From an uncultured Microthrixaceae bacterium (GTDB lineage Bacteria; Actinomycetota; Acidimicrobiia; Acidimicrobiales; VFJN01): a stretch of DNA of 64,000 nucleotides. Within the stretch, counting starts at the first letter, position 1. Each line of letters opens with the position of its first letter. The DNA is taken from positions 610 through 64,609 of the forward strand of contig CAVPEW010000018.1 of NCBI GenBank assembly GCA_963703565.1, read 5' to 3'. Positions 8,818-16,667 of the stretch are shown in pieces. The position numbers and the translations under genes were made by a program. The notes beneath the pieces are model-generated. The model was not told the DNA's origin, did not search any database, and saw only the letters and a list, made by a program, of their open reading frames with translations.

Positions 8818-9327
8818 GTGACGGTACGTGCGGTCGTGCAGCTGGGCGATCCGGTCCTGTCCACGCCGGCGCGACGCGTGGGAGACGATCCCGCTTCACT
8901 GCGGCTCGCGGAGGCGACGGCGCGGGACCTGGTCGACACCATGCGGGCCGCGGGTCACTCGGTCGGAGTGGCCGCGCCCCAGATCGGCGTCGGCATGCGG
9001 GTGCTGTGTGCCGACGTGACGGGGAACGCCAAGGCCCGCGACAACCACGGCCTCGTCGTGCTCATCGACCCCGAGGTGGTCCTGGCCGAAGGCTCCGAGC
9101 TGTCCCGGGAGGGCTGCATGAGCGTCCCGGACCTAACCGGTGACGTGGCCCGCGCCACGCGGCTGGTGGTGCGGGGCCGTGCTGGGTCCGGGGAGGTGGT
9201 CGTGCTCGACTGCGGCGGGTTCGAGGCCCGTGTCCTGCAGCACGAGCTCGACCACTTGGACGGCGCGGTGTTCCTCGATCGCGTCGTGTCCCCGGACCGG
9301 GTCTTCCCCCGCCGCCGCTACCGATGA
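8818..9327 (+). CDS. def: Peptide deformylase
   Basis: Motifs GVAAPQIG, EGCMSVP and QHELDHLDG. I prefer the GTG at 8818 (VTVRAVVQLGDPVL) over the upstream extension of ORF 8710, which overlaps the ACT gene. Confidence 0.85.
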   Translation: MTVRAVVQLGDPVLSTPARRVGDDPASLRLAEATARDLVDTMRAAGHSVGVAAPQIGVGMRVLCADVTGNAKARDNHGLVVLIDPEVVLAEGSELSREGCMSVPDLTGDVARATRLVVRGRAGSGEVVVLDCGGFEARVLQHELDHLDGAVFLDRVVSPDRVFPRRRYR

Positions 9328-9998
9328 GCGGGGCCGTCTCGCCCGCCCGCGCCCGCGGTGGCGCCTACGCTGACGCCGTGGGCTTCCCCGATCGGCTGCT
9401 CAACGACAACGAGCGAAAGGTGCTCGACCTGAACGAGCACTGGTTCTCCCTGGCCAGACCGGGGGCGGTGCTCGTCCTGGCGCTGGTGCTGGGCGTGCTG
9501 GCGCTGGCCAACGACCTGCCCGGGGCGCTCGACGTGCTGGTCGCCCTGGGCGTGCTGGCCGCCCTCGCCTACTTCGGCATCGCCTACGCCCGCTGGGCGA
9601 CGACCAACTTCGTGGTCACCACCGACCGTCTCGTGTACCGCCACGGGGTTCTGGCCAAGCACGGGATCGAGATACCCCTCGAGCGCGTGAACACGGTGTT
9701 CTTCTCCCAGCGCCTCTTCGAGCGCGTACTGGGCTCGGGCGACCTGGTGATCGAGTCGGCCGGGGAGATGGGGCGGCAGGCGTTCTCCAACGTCCGCAGA
9801 CCTGCGAGCGTCCAGAACGAGATCTACCGCCAGATGGAGGACAACGAGAACCGCAAGTTCGACCGGATCGGCCGTGTGGCGGCGCCCGGCGCGACGATCC
9901 CCGAGCAGATCGCCGCCCTCGACGACCTGCGCCAACGCGGCATCCTGAGCGTGGCGGAGTTCGAGGTCAAGAAGGCGGAGCTGCTCCGCCGCATGTGA
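9324..9998 (+). CDS. Membrane protein with bacterial PH (YdbT/DUF304-like) domain and C-terminal SHOCT-like motif
   Basis: 224 aa. Two TM helices are followed by FVVTTDRLVYRHGVLAKHGIEIPLERVN (bPH_2-like). The C-terminus IAALDDLRQRGILSVAEFEVKKAELL is SHOCT-like. Confidence 0.6.
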   Translation: MSGAVSPARARGGAYADAVGFPDRLLNDNERKVLDLNEHWFSLARPGAVLVLALVLGVLALANDLPGALDVLVALGVLAALAYFGIAYARWATTNFVVTTDRLVYRHGVLAKHGIEIPLERVNTVFFSQRLFERVLGSGDLVIESAGEMGRQAFSNVRRPASVQNEIYRQMEDNENRKFDRIGRVAAPGATIPEQIAALDDLRQRGILSVAEFEVKKAELLRRM

Positions 9999-10137
9999 GC
10001 GCGGTTCGCTACGGTCGCGTGTCGCATGTGCGCACCTTGACCGTCCGGCGGGCGCACGGCGAGGATGCAGCGCGCCGCCGAGCGTCGGGTGAGAGCGCCC
10101 CGGTCGGCACCGCCGCCAACGCAGAGGAGTACCAGCC

Positions 10138-11283
10138 ATGTCCGGACCGCTCGCGGGTGTCAAGGTCGTCGAACTGGCCGGGATCGGCCCTGGGCCGTTC
10201 TGCGCCATGATGCTGGCCGACATGGGGGCCGACGTGATCCGCGTCGATCGGGCCCAGAACGTGCACGGTGGTGACCCGGCTACGCCGCCGGTCGATCTGC
10301 TCGGCAGGGGTCGCCGATCGATCGGTGTCGACCTCAAGAGCCCAGACGGGGTGGAGACGGTGCTCTCCCTGGTGGAGTGGGCCGACGCCCTCCTCGAGGG
10401 GTTCCGGCCGGGTGTGACGGAGCGGTTGGGGCTCGGCCCGGACGTCTGCCTGGCCCGCAACCCGAACCTCGTCTACGGGCGGATGACCGGGTGGGGCCAG
10501 GAGGGCCCGTACGCGCCCACCGCCGGCCATGACATCAACTACATCGCCCTCGCGGGCGCTCTGCATCCGATCGGCCGCGCTGGCCAGGCCCCTGTCCCAC
10601 CGCTCAACTTCGTGGGCGACTTCGGCGGTGGGGGCATGCTGCTGGCGTTCGGCCTGGCCTGCGGCATCATCAACGCCCGCGCGGGCAACGGCGGCCAGGT
10701 CGTCGACGCGGCCATGGTCGACGGCTCCGCCCTGCTGACCGGGATGTTCCACGGGATGCGCGCGATGGGGATGTGGAACGACGAACGGGGCACGAACCTG
10801 CTCGACACCGGCTCTCACTTCTACGACGCCTACGAGACCGCGGACGGCAAGTACGTGTCCATCGGTTCGATCGAGCCCCAGTTCTACGCCGAGCTGCTGC
10901 GCCTGACCGGCCTCGACGCCGAGGACCTTCCCGCCCAGCACGACCGGACCCACTGGGGCGAGATGAAGGTCAAGGTGGCCGCGGTGTTCAAGTCGAAGAC
11001 CCGCGACGAGTGGTGCTCGATCATGGAGGGCACCGATGTGTGCTTCGCGCCGGTGCTGTCGCTGGCCGAGGCTCCCCAGCACCCCCACAACGTGTTGCGC
11101 CAGACTTTCGTCGAGCGCGACGGGGTCGTTCAGCCCGCTCCCGCGCCCCGCTTCTCGGCCACTCCGGTGGCCATCCAGCGACCGGCGCCCCACGCCGGCC
11201 AGCACACCGACGAGATCCTGGCCGAGCTGGGCCTGGGCGGCGAGCAGATCGCCAAGCTTCGAGACGTCGGGGCCGTCGCCTGA
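10138..11283 (+). CDS. mcr: CaiB/BaiF family III CoA-transferase, alpha-methylacyl-CoA racemase-like
   Basis: 381 aa. The N-terminus MSGPLAGVKVVELAGIGPGPFCAMMLADMGADVIRVDR closely resembles mycobacterial Mcr as I recall it. AGGAG lies upstream of the ATG. Confidence 0.75.
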   Translation: MSGPLAGVKVVELAGIGPGPFCAMMLADMGADVIRVDRAQNVHGGDPATPPVDLLGRGRRSIGVDLKSPDGVETVLSLVEWADALLEGFRPGVTERLGLGPDVCLARNPNLVYGRMTGWGQEGPYAPTAGHDINYIALAGALHPIGRAGQAPVPPLNFVGDFGGGGMLLAFGLACGIINARAGNGGQVVDAAMVDGSALLTGMFHGMRAMGMWNDERGTNLLDTGSHFYDAYETADGKYVSIGSIEPQFYAELLRLTGLDAEDLPAQHDRTHWGEMKVKVAAVFKSKTRDEWCSIMEGTDVCFAPVLSLAEAPQHPHNVLRQTFVERDGVVQPAPAPRFSATPVAIQRPAPHAGQHTDEILAELGLGGEQIAKLRDVGAVA

Positions 11284-11288
11284 GCACG

Positions 11289-11978
11289 GTGCCGTGGGCT
11301 CGAACGACCGGGCGACGTTTGGCGTGGCTGGTGGTGGCCGCCACCTTGGTGCTGGCACCGGTGGCGTGCAGCGACGACGACGGCGACGCATCTCCCTCGT
11401 CGAGGCGACCTTCAGGTGACGTCGATGCCTCCTCGACGGCTGCGCCGGAGGTATCGACGACGGGCTCGCCGCCACCGACCACCGCCAGCCCCGCCGAGGT
11501 CCCGCTCGTCGAGCTCGCTCTACGAGGCGACGGGCTGGGATCGGCCTCGTTCGGTGACCCTCCCGCCGGGGCGGTGCGCGCCTTGACCTCCACGCTGGGA
11601 GAACCTGACGAGGACACCGGTTGGCAACCCGCGGCGGGGGCCTTCGGCACGTGCCCGGGGTCTCGGGTCCGGGTCGTGCGCTGGGGCGGCCTGACCGTCC
11701 TGTTCACCGATGGCGCCTCGGACTTCGGCTCCGGGGAGCACTTCTTCCAGTGGCGCCAGATGCCGGGCGCCCCGCCCGTGGCCACCGTCAGGGGCCTGGG
11801 TGCCGGGGCCACCCGGACTGACGCCGAGGCCCTCTACGACGAGGTGACGACCTACGAGGACGAGCTGGTCGGTGGGCCCGTGCTCGAGGTGCAGGTCGAA
11901 GGGGGTCGCCTGATCGGCTTCCTCGACGACGCCGGGGTCATCACCAGCATCGAAGCCGGCATGCCCTGCGGCGAGTGA
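11289..11978 (+). CDS. Putative lipoprotein of unknown function
   Basis: GTG at 11289, just after the mcr stop. Signal peptide with LVLAPVAC, then a Ser/Pro/Asp-rich linker and a globular C-terminal domain. The upstream part of ORF 10773..11978 overlaps mcr and is rejected. Confidence 0.55.
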   Translation: MPWARTTGRRLAWLVVAATLVLAPVACSDDDGDASPSSRRPSGDVDASSTAAPEVSTTGSPPPTTASPAEVPLVELALRGDGLGSASFGDPPAGAVRALTSTLGEPDEDTGWQPAAGAFGTCPGSRVRVVRWGGLTVLFTDGASDFGSGEHFFQWRQMPGAPPVATVRGLGAGATRTDAEALYDEVTTYEDELVGGPVLEVQVEGGRLIGFLDDAGVITSIEAGMPCGE

Positions 11979-12418
11979 GCCTGCCGACCCCCGACGCTGC
12001 GGCGTTCGACTGGACCGGCTCGGCGGGCGCGGCCAAGCTCGCAGATGTGAGCGTCATCAAGATCAACGCCATCACCGTGCCCGCCGAGAGCGGCGACGAG
12101 CTGGCCCGGCGGTTCGCCGCCCGAGCTGGCGCCGTCGACGATCAGGAGGGCTTCGAGGGCTTCGAGCTGCTGCGACCGACCGACGAGCGCACGACCTGGC
12201 TTGTCGTGACGCGCTGGCGCGACGAGGCGTCGTTCGAGGCCTGGGTCAACAGCCCCGCCTTCGGCCAGGGCCACACCGGCGGCGACGCCCACGGCGGTGG
12301 CCATCCGGGTGGGCACCCGGGCGGTGCCCACGGCGGGGCGCCCGCTGCGGTGTCGATGTCCTCGGAGCTGTGGAGCTATGAGGTGGCGGGCGGCTCGCAG
12401 GGCGCCTCCGAGGGCTGA
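11975..12418 (+). CDS. ABM-domain monooxygenase, MhuD/IsdG-like (heme-degrading type), with a His/Gly-rich insertion
   Basis: VIKINAITVPAESGDELARRFA...GFEGFELLRP...WLVVTRWRDEASFEAWVNSPAF..H aligns with my recollection of MhuD. The insert is GGDAHGGGHPGGHPGGAHGG. The GTG at 11975 overlaps the upstream stop (GTGA); an alternative GTG is at 12047. Confidence 0.6.
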   Translation: MSLPTPDAAAFDWTGSAGAAKLADVSVIKINAITVPAESGDELARRFAARAGAVDDQEGFEGFELLRPTDERTTWLVVTRWRDEASFEAWVNSPAFGQGHTGGDAHGGGHPGGHPGGAHGGAPAAVSMSSELWSYEVAGGSQGASEG

Positions 12419-12427
12419 GACGCTCGA

Positions 12428-12784
12428 GTGCTCGCCGACATCCACGCGGTGATGGCGTGGGTGGTGGTGGTCACCAACGGCGTTGCCGGAGGATGGTCGC
12501 TGGGCGCCCACTGGCGTGAGGCGCTGCGGAGTCGGGCTCTTTGGGTCCTGGTGGCGGTGGCCCAGGTTGCCGTGTTCGCACAGGTGATCCTCGGGGTGGC
12601 CCACATGCAGGTCGACGACATCGAGGCGCCGGAGATCCACACCTTCTACGGGTTCCTGACCCTGATCACGGTGGCGATCATCCACAGTTACCGCCAGCAG
12701 GTGCGCGAGCAACGCTACCTGTTGTACGGGTTCGGGGAGCTGTTCCTGATGGGGCTGGCGATCCGGGCGATGGTGGTGCGCTGA
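12428..12784 (+). CDS. Small integral membrane protein (3-4 TM), unknown function
   Basis: 118-aa hydrophobic ORF with high GC3, directly downstream of the MhuD-like gene. Confidence 0.5.
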   Translation: MLADIHAVMAWVVVVTNGVAGGWSLGAHWREALRSRALWVLVAVAQVAVFAQVILGVAHMQVDDIEAPEIHTFYGFLTLITVAIIHSYRQQVREQRYLLYGFGELFLMGLAIRAMVVR

Positions 12785-12817
12785 ACGCGCACGGCGAACG
12801 CTGCCGGAGGCCAGCCG

Positions 12818-13207
12818 ATGAGCGACGAGACCGACCGACCCTCAGTGTTCGAGCGAGTCGGGCAGGCGGCCGCTCACCAGGCGGTCATGGTCGCCATCCC
12901 CGTGCTGGTGCTCATCCAGGCATGGTTGGCCGGTCGTCGCCTCGGCGAGGGGGCCAGCATCTCCCTCCACGGTGTGCTCGGCACGGTCGCGTTCGTGGCC
13001 GGCATCGGCAATGTGGCGCTCGCGTGGGCGCGCCGCTCTCCGCTGTCGGTGCGGCTCGTCGCGGTGGCGATCGTGGTGCTGCTTTTCGTCCAGATCGGAC
13101 TGGGCTATTCGACCAGGGACAATCCCGAGCTGCTCTCCTGGCACGTGCCGCTCGGGGTGGGGGTGTTCGGGCTATCCACCTACGCGCTGGCGATGACGCG
13201 CGGCTGA
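12818..13207 (+). CDS. Integral membrane protein (about 4 TM) with His residues at TM ends, unknown function
   Basis: 129 aa. GGAGG lies 7 nt upstream of ATG 12818. Hydrophobic segments contain SLHGVLG and SWHVPLG. Confidence 0.55.
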   Translation: MSDETDRPSVFERVGQAAAHQAVMVAIPVLVLIQAWLAGRRLGEGASISLHGVLGTVAFVAGIGNVALAWARRSPLSVRLVAVAIVVLLFVQIGLGYSTRDNPELLSWHVPLGVGVFGLSTYALAMTRG

Positions 13208-13248
13208 CCGTGCTGTGGCGGTCGTGGTGCGGTCGCCCGCCCGGCTCC

Positions 13249-13494
13249 TCAGAGCCGCACGATCGGGCACGTGAGGGTGCGGGTTATGCCGTCGATGAGC
13301 TGGATCCGGCTCACCACCAACTTGCCGAGCTCGTCGACCGTGTCCGCCTCCGCGCGTGCGATCACGTCGTAGGGCCCGGTGACGTCGTCGGCGCCGGTGA
13401 CGCCGCCGATTGCGGCCACCTCCGCGGTCACCCGGGCGGCCTGACCCACCTCGGTCTGGATCAGGACGTAGGCCTGCACCGTCACGGGAGGCAC
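13249..13494 (-). CDS. Stand-alone Lrp/AsnC ligand-binding (RAM) domain protein
   Basis: VQAYVLIQTEVGQAARVTAEVAAIGGVTGADDVTGPYDVIARAEADTVDELGKLVVSRIQLIDGITRTLTCPIV matches the AsnC_trans_reg pattern. The start is uncertain (GTG at 13494 or 13485). The ORF-track start at 13560 lies inside a hairpin. Confidence 0.6.
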   Translation of the reverse strand: MPPVTVQAYVLIQTEVGQAARVTAEVAAIGGVTGADDVTGPYDVIARAEADTVDELGKLVVSRIQLIDGITRTLTCPIVRL

Positions 13495-13550
13495 TCGCGC
13501 GCCGGCATGCCGACAGCGTAGACGCCCCGACCGCGAGGGATCCGAGCTCC

Positions 13551-13582
13551 GACCCCACATCCCAGGCGGGCGATGTGGGGTC
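13551..13582 (-). terminator. Perfect 11-bp stem / 10-nt loop hairpin downstream of hsp20 (no U-tract)
   Basis: gaccccacatc (13551-13561) and gatgtggggtc (13572-13582) are exact reverse complements. The hairpin lies 21 nt after the hsp20 stop. Confidence 0.4.
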
Positions 13583-13602
13583 GGCGGAGCGGTTCTGGCA
13601 GA

Positions 13603-14040
13603 TCAGTCGGAGGCTGGGACCTCGGTGATCTCCTGAGGCTGCTCCACGCCAGCGGTCACGGCGACCTTGCGGGGCTTGGCGGCGTCGGAAACCGGGATGT
13701 CGAGTACCAGCACACCGCCGGCGTAGTGGGCACCGATGTTGGCTGCGTCGAGGGTGTCGCCCAGGAAGATCTGGCGGCTGTAGGTGCCGTGGCGACGCTC
13801 CGCGGCTATGACCTCATCTCCGTCGCGGCGAGCGTCCCGTCGCTCGGCTCGTACGGACAGCACGTTGCGCTCCACGGTCAGGTCGATGGAGGAGGGGTCC
13901 ACTCCGGGGAGGTCCAGGCTGACCTCGACGTGGTCGCCTCGGCGCACGGCATCCATCGGAACCCGTGACGCGTACTGGCGACCGAAGACCTCGTCCCAGA
14001 GGCGGTCGGTGTCGCGGAAGGGATCGAAGCGCATGATCAT
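13603..14040 (-). CDS. Hsp20/alpha-crystallin family small heat-shock protein
   Basis: Start MIMRFDPFRD at 14040, with GGAGGA about 8 nt upstream. An alpha-crystallin core is present (VEVSLDLPGVDPSSIDLTVERNVLSVRAER...GVLVLDIPV). Confidence 0.85.
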   Translation of the reverse strand: MIMRFDPFRDTDRLWDEVFGRQYASRVPMDAVRRGDHVEVSLDLPGVDPSSIDLTVERNVLSVRAERRDARRDGDEVIAAERRHGTYSRQIFLGDTLDAANIGAHYAGGVLVLDIPVSDAAKPRKVAVTAGVEQPQEITEVPASD

Positions 14041-14089
14041 GGTGCAATCCTCCAGGTGATGGTCCCGAGCCCCTTGGCCCGTGAACAGC

Positions 14090-14095
14090 ACGATA
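14090..14095 (-). promoter_or_regulatory. -10-like box TATCGT of the hsp20 promoter
   Basis: Minus strand reads ...TGAGTGGCTACCACTCAgttttctgcTATCGT..., about 45 nt upstream of the hsp20 SD/ATG, in the most AT-rich patch of this locus. Confidence 0.4.
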
Positions 14096-14102
14096 GCAGA
14101 AA

Positions 14103-14123
14103 ACTGAGTGGTAGCCACTCATG
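14103..14123. promoter_or_regulatory. HAIR-like inverted repeat (putative HspR operator) overlapping the -35 region of hsp20
   Basis: aCTGAGT-ggtagcc-ACTCAtg compared with the HAIR consensus CTTGAGT-N7-ACTCAAG. The core TGAGTGG/CCACTCA is a perfect 7-bp inverted repeat, and the TGAGT/ACTCA halves are spaced by exactly 7 nt. Confidence 0.55.
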
Positions 14124-14212
14124 TTTCATGAGGCAAGTGCCATTGGAGGTCCTGCCGAGCCCGGTCGGGGCCTGGGAGGACCGTGGGGCGGCGGCGGCGA
14201 ACTGAGTCTCCG

Positions 14213-14476
14213 ATGGAGTCCTCCCACAGCCGTCTCGCCGATCAGCTTGACCGGGAGGTCGACGATGTGCTGGCCGCGCTCCAGCTCGTCGCGGGTGAGC
14301 CCGCGCTGCTCGACCACCTCTTCGAAGACCTGGTCGACCTGCTCGTGGAGGCTCTCTTCGTCGACGCGAGGGCGCGGTTGCACAACGACCAGCTCGACAA
14401 CGACCAGTATCTCGACGAGGTGGGCTCGCTGGTAGCCCGATGTGCGAGGGCGGGGCTGCTTCGACCTCGCTCGTGA
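14213..14476 (+). CDS. Hypothetical acidic helical protein, divergent from hsp20
   Basis: ATG at 14213 (MESSHSRLADQLDREVDDVL...). GC3 is much higher in this frame than in the overlapping antisense ORF 14126..14383. I recognise no family. Confidence 0.35.
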   Translation: MESSHSRLADQLDREVDDVLAALQLVAGEPALLDHLFEDLVDLLVEALFVDARARLHNDQLDNDQYLDEVGSLVARCARAGLLRPRS

Positions 14477-14500
14477 GGGAGCGGGCCCTGGGACCGCAGG

Positions 14501-16300
14501 TCAGTCAGTGAGCAGCTTCTCGAGCTCAGCGAGCTGATCGCGCAGGGTCTCGGGCAGCCGATCGCCGAAGGTGGCGTAGTGCTGCTCGAGCTGGGGGATC
14601 TCCGCCCGCCACGAATCCGGGTCGACCGTCAGGAGCTCGGCCACGGTGGCATCGTCGAGCTCGAGGCCGTCGAGGTCCAGCGCCTCCGGGGTCGGCACCT
14701 GGCCGATCGGGGTCTGCACCGCGTCGGCGGCGTCGTCTACCCGCTCGATGATCCACTTGAGCACCCGGCTGTTCTCACCGAATCCCGGCCAGAGGAACGA
14801 GCCGTCCTCTGCCCGGCGGAACCAGTTGACCCAGAACAGCTTGGGAAGCTGCGCGCCCGGGCGTTGGCCGATCTCGAGCCAGTGGGCGAAGTAGTCGCCC
14901 ATGTTGTAGCCGCAGAAGGGCAGCATGGCGAAGGGGTCGAAGCGGAGCTTGCCCACCGCTCCCGCCTGGGCGGCGGTGGTCTCGGAGCTCATGATCGAGC
15001 CCAGGAACACTCCGTGGTCCCAGCTGTCGGCCTCGGTCACCAGGGGCACGTTGGTGGCTCGGCGACCTCCGAACAGGATCGCCGAGATCGGAACGCCGGC
15101 CGGGTCCTGCCATTCCGGTGCGATGGAGGGGCACTGGTGCGCAGGAGCGGTGAAGCGGGCGTTGGGGTGCGCGGCGGGGGCGCTCGACGACGGGGTCCAG
15201 TCCCGGCCCTTCCAATCGGTGGCGTGGGCCGGCGGCTCCGACAGGCCCTCCCACCACACGTCGCCGTCGTCGGTGCGTGCGACGTTGGTGAAGATGGAGT
15301 TCGCCCCGAGGGTCTCCACAGCGTTCGGGTTCGTGTCCGGGCCCGTGCCGGGCGCCACGCCGAAGAACCCGGCCTCGGGGTTGATGGCCCGTAGGCGTCC
15401 TTCGTCGTCGAACTTCATCCAGGCGATGTCGTCCCCGATGGTCTCGACCGTCCAACCCTCCAGGGTGGGGATCATCATCGCCATGTTCGTCTTGCCGCAC
15501 GCCGACGGGAACGCCGCCGCCACGTAGCGCTTCTCGCCTCCCGGGGGCGTCACGCCGAGGACGAGCATGTGCTCGGCCATCCATCCGTCCTGGCGGGCCA
15601 TCGTGGAGGCGATGCGCAGGGCGAAGCACTTCTTGCCGAGCAGGGCGTTGCCGCCGTAGCCCGAGCCGTACGACCAGATCTCCCGGGTCTCGGGGAAGTG
15701 CACGATGTACTTGTTGTCGGTGTCGCAGGGCCAGGCGACGTCGGCCCGCCTCTTCCCGGCGGCGTCGACGAGCGGGTAGCCCACCGAGTGAACGCAGGGC
15801 ACGAAGGCACCATCGGCACCGAGCACGTCGAGCGCCGGCTGGCCCATCCTCGTCATGATCCGCATGCTGACCACCACGTAGGGAGAGTCCGTCAGCTGGA
15901 CACCGATGTGGGCGATCGGGCTGTCGAGCGGCCCCATGGAGAACGGGACCACGTAGAGGGTGCGTCCCCGCATCGCGCCGTCGAACAGTGCTCGCATCTC
16001 GGCCCGCATCTCCCCGGGCTCGCGCCAGTTGTTCGTCGGGCCCGCCTCGCCCTGGGTGGCGCTGCAGATGAACGTGCGGTCCTCGACTCGTGCCACGTCC
16101 CCCGGGTCGGACAGGGCAAGGAAGCTGTTGGGCCGCAGATCGGCGTCGAGCCGAGTGAAGGTCCCCTCCTGCACCAGCTCGGTGGTCAGGTGCTCCCACT
16201 CCTGCGACGACCCGTCGCACCACTGGACCCGGTCGGGCCCCAGGACGGCCGTCCACTCGTCGACCCAGTCCCGCAACCGTCGGTTGGTGGTGGAAGCCAT
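14501..16300 (-). CDS. pckG: Phosphoenolpyruvate carboxykinase (GTP)
   Basis: 599 aa with motifs [15 protein letters not shown] and [16 protein letters not shown] lies upstream of the ATG. Confidence 0.92.
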   Translation of the reverse strand: MASTTNRRLRDWVDEWTAVLGPDRVQWCDGSSQEWEHLTTELVQEGTFTRLDADLRPNSFLALSDPGDVARVEDRTFICSATQGEAGPTNNWREPGEMRAEMRALFDGAMRGRTLYVVPFSMGPLDSPIAHIGVQLTDSPYVVVSMRIMTRMGQPALDVLGADGAFVPCVHSVGYPLVDAAGKRRADVAWPCDTDNKYIVHFPETREIWSYGSGYGGNALLGKKCFALRIASTMARQDGWMAEHMLVLGVTPPGGEKRYVAAAFPSACGKTNMAMMIPTLEGWTVETIGDDIAWMKFDDEGRLRAINPEAGFFGVAPGTGPDTNPNAVETLGANSIFTNVARTDDGDVWWEGLSEPPAHATDWKGRDWTPSSSAPAAHPNARFTAPAHQCPSIAPEWQDPAGVPISAILFGGRRATNVPLVTEADSWDHGVFLGSIMSSETTAAQAGAVGKLRFDPFAMLPFCGYNMGDYFAHWLEIGQRPGAQLPKLFWVNWFRRAEDGSFLWPGFGENSRVLKWIIERVDDAADAVQTPIGQVPTPEALDLDGLELDDATVAELLTVDPDSWRAEIPQLEQHYATFGDRLPETLRDQLAELEKLLTD

Positions 16301-16329
16301 CTTGGGGGAGTTCCTTCCGGTGGGGGTGC

Positions 16330-16593
16330 TCAGGGGTCCGGTTGGGCGCCGCGGGGATCGACCGCGGAGGGGAACCCGGGCGTGTCCATGTCTCGCTCCG
16401 AGCCCAGGCGGAGCCTCGTGGCCAGCCCGTCCGCGTCGAGGTCGTAGATCACCCGCTGGCCTTGGCGCAGCATCCGGAACACGGAACCGCTCAGGGCACC
16501 GGCCGCCAGGTCGTATTCGCGCAGGTCGCTGTCGCAGAGCACGACGCCATCACCGGTGCCAGGATCGTAGGACTTCACGACTCCCTGCATCAC
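16330..16593 (-). CDS. Small cold-shock-domain-like (OB-fold) protein
   Basis: 87 aa. [18 protein letters not shown]...[14 protein letters not shown] has CSD-like spacing but lacks the aromatic RNP motifs. GGGGAG lies upstream. Confidence 0.5.
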   Translation of the reverse strand: MMQGVVKSYDPGTGDGVVLCDSDLREYDLAAGALSGSVFRMLRQGQRVIYDLDADGLATRLRLGSERDMDTPGFPSAVDPRGAQPDP

Positions 16594-16667
16594 AGCACTC
16601 CCCGGCGGTGGGATCAGCGGCGGTGGGCGGCAACGGTATCGTCCGGTTCGCGGAGGGGGAAACTCGC

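Noticed and set aside
14041-14125. CIRCE element (TTAGCACTC-N9-GAGTGCTAA) upstream of hsp20
   Set aside because: It is not present. The palindrome found here matches the HAIR geometry (N7 spacing, TGAGT/ACTCA) instead.
15960-16667. N-terminal 236 aa of track ORF 15960..18326, and similar long 5' extensions of ORFs 10773, 22303, 23157, 39773, 41086, 47661 and 62930
   Set aside because: The extensions overlap upstream genes in other frames or strands and have an Arg/Pro-rich composition. Family N-termini together with SD or -10 boxes support the downstream starts given in the features.
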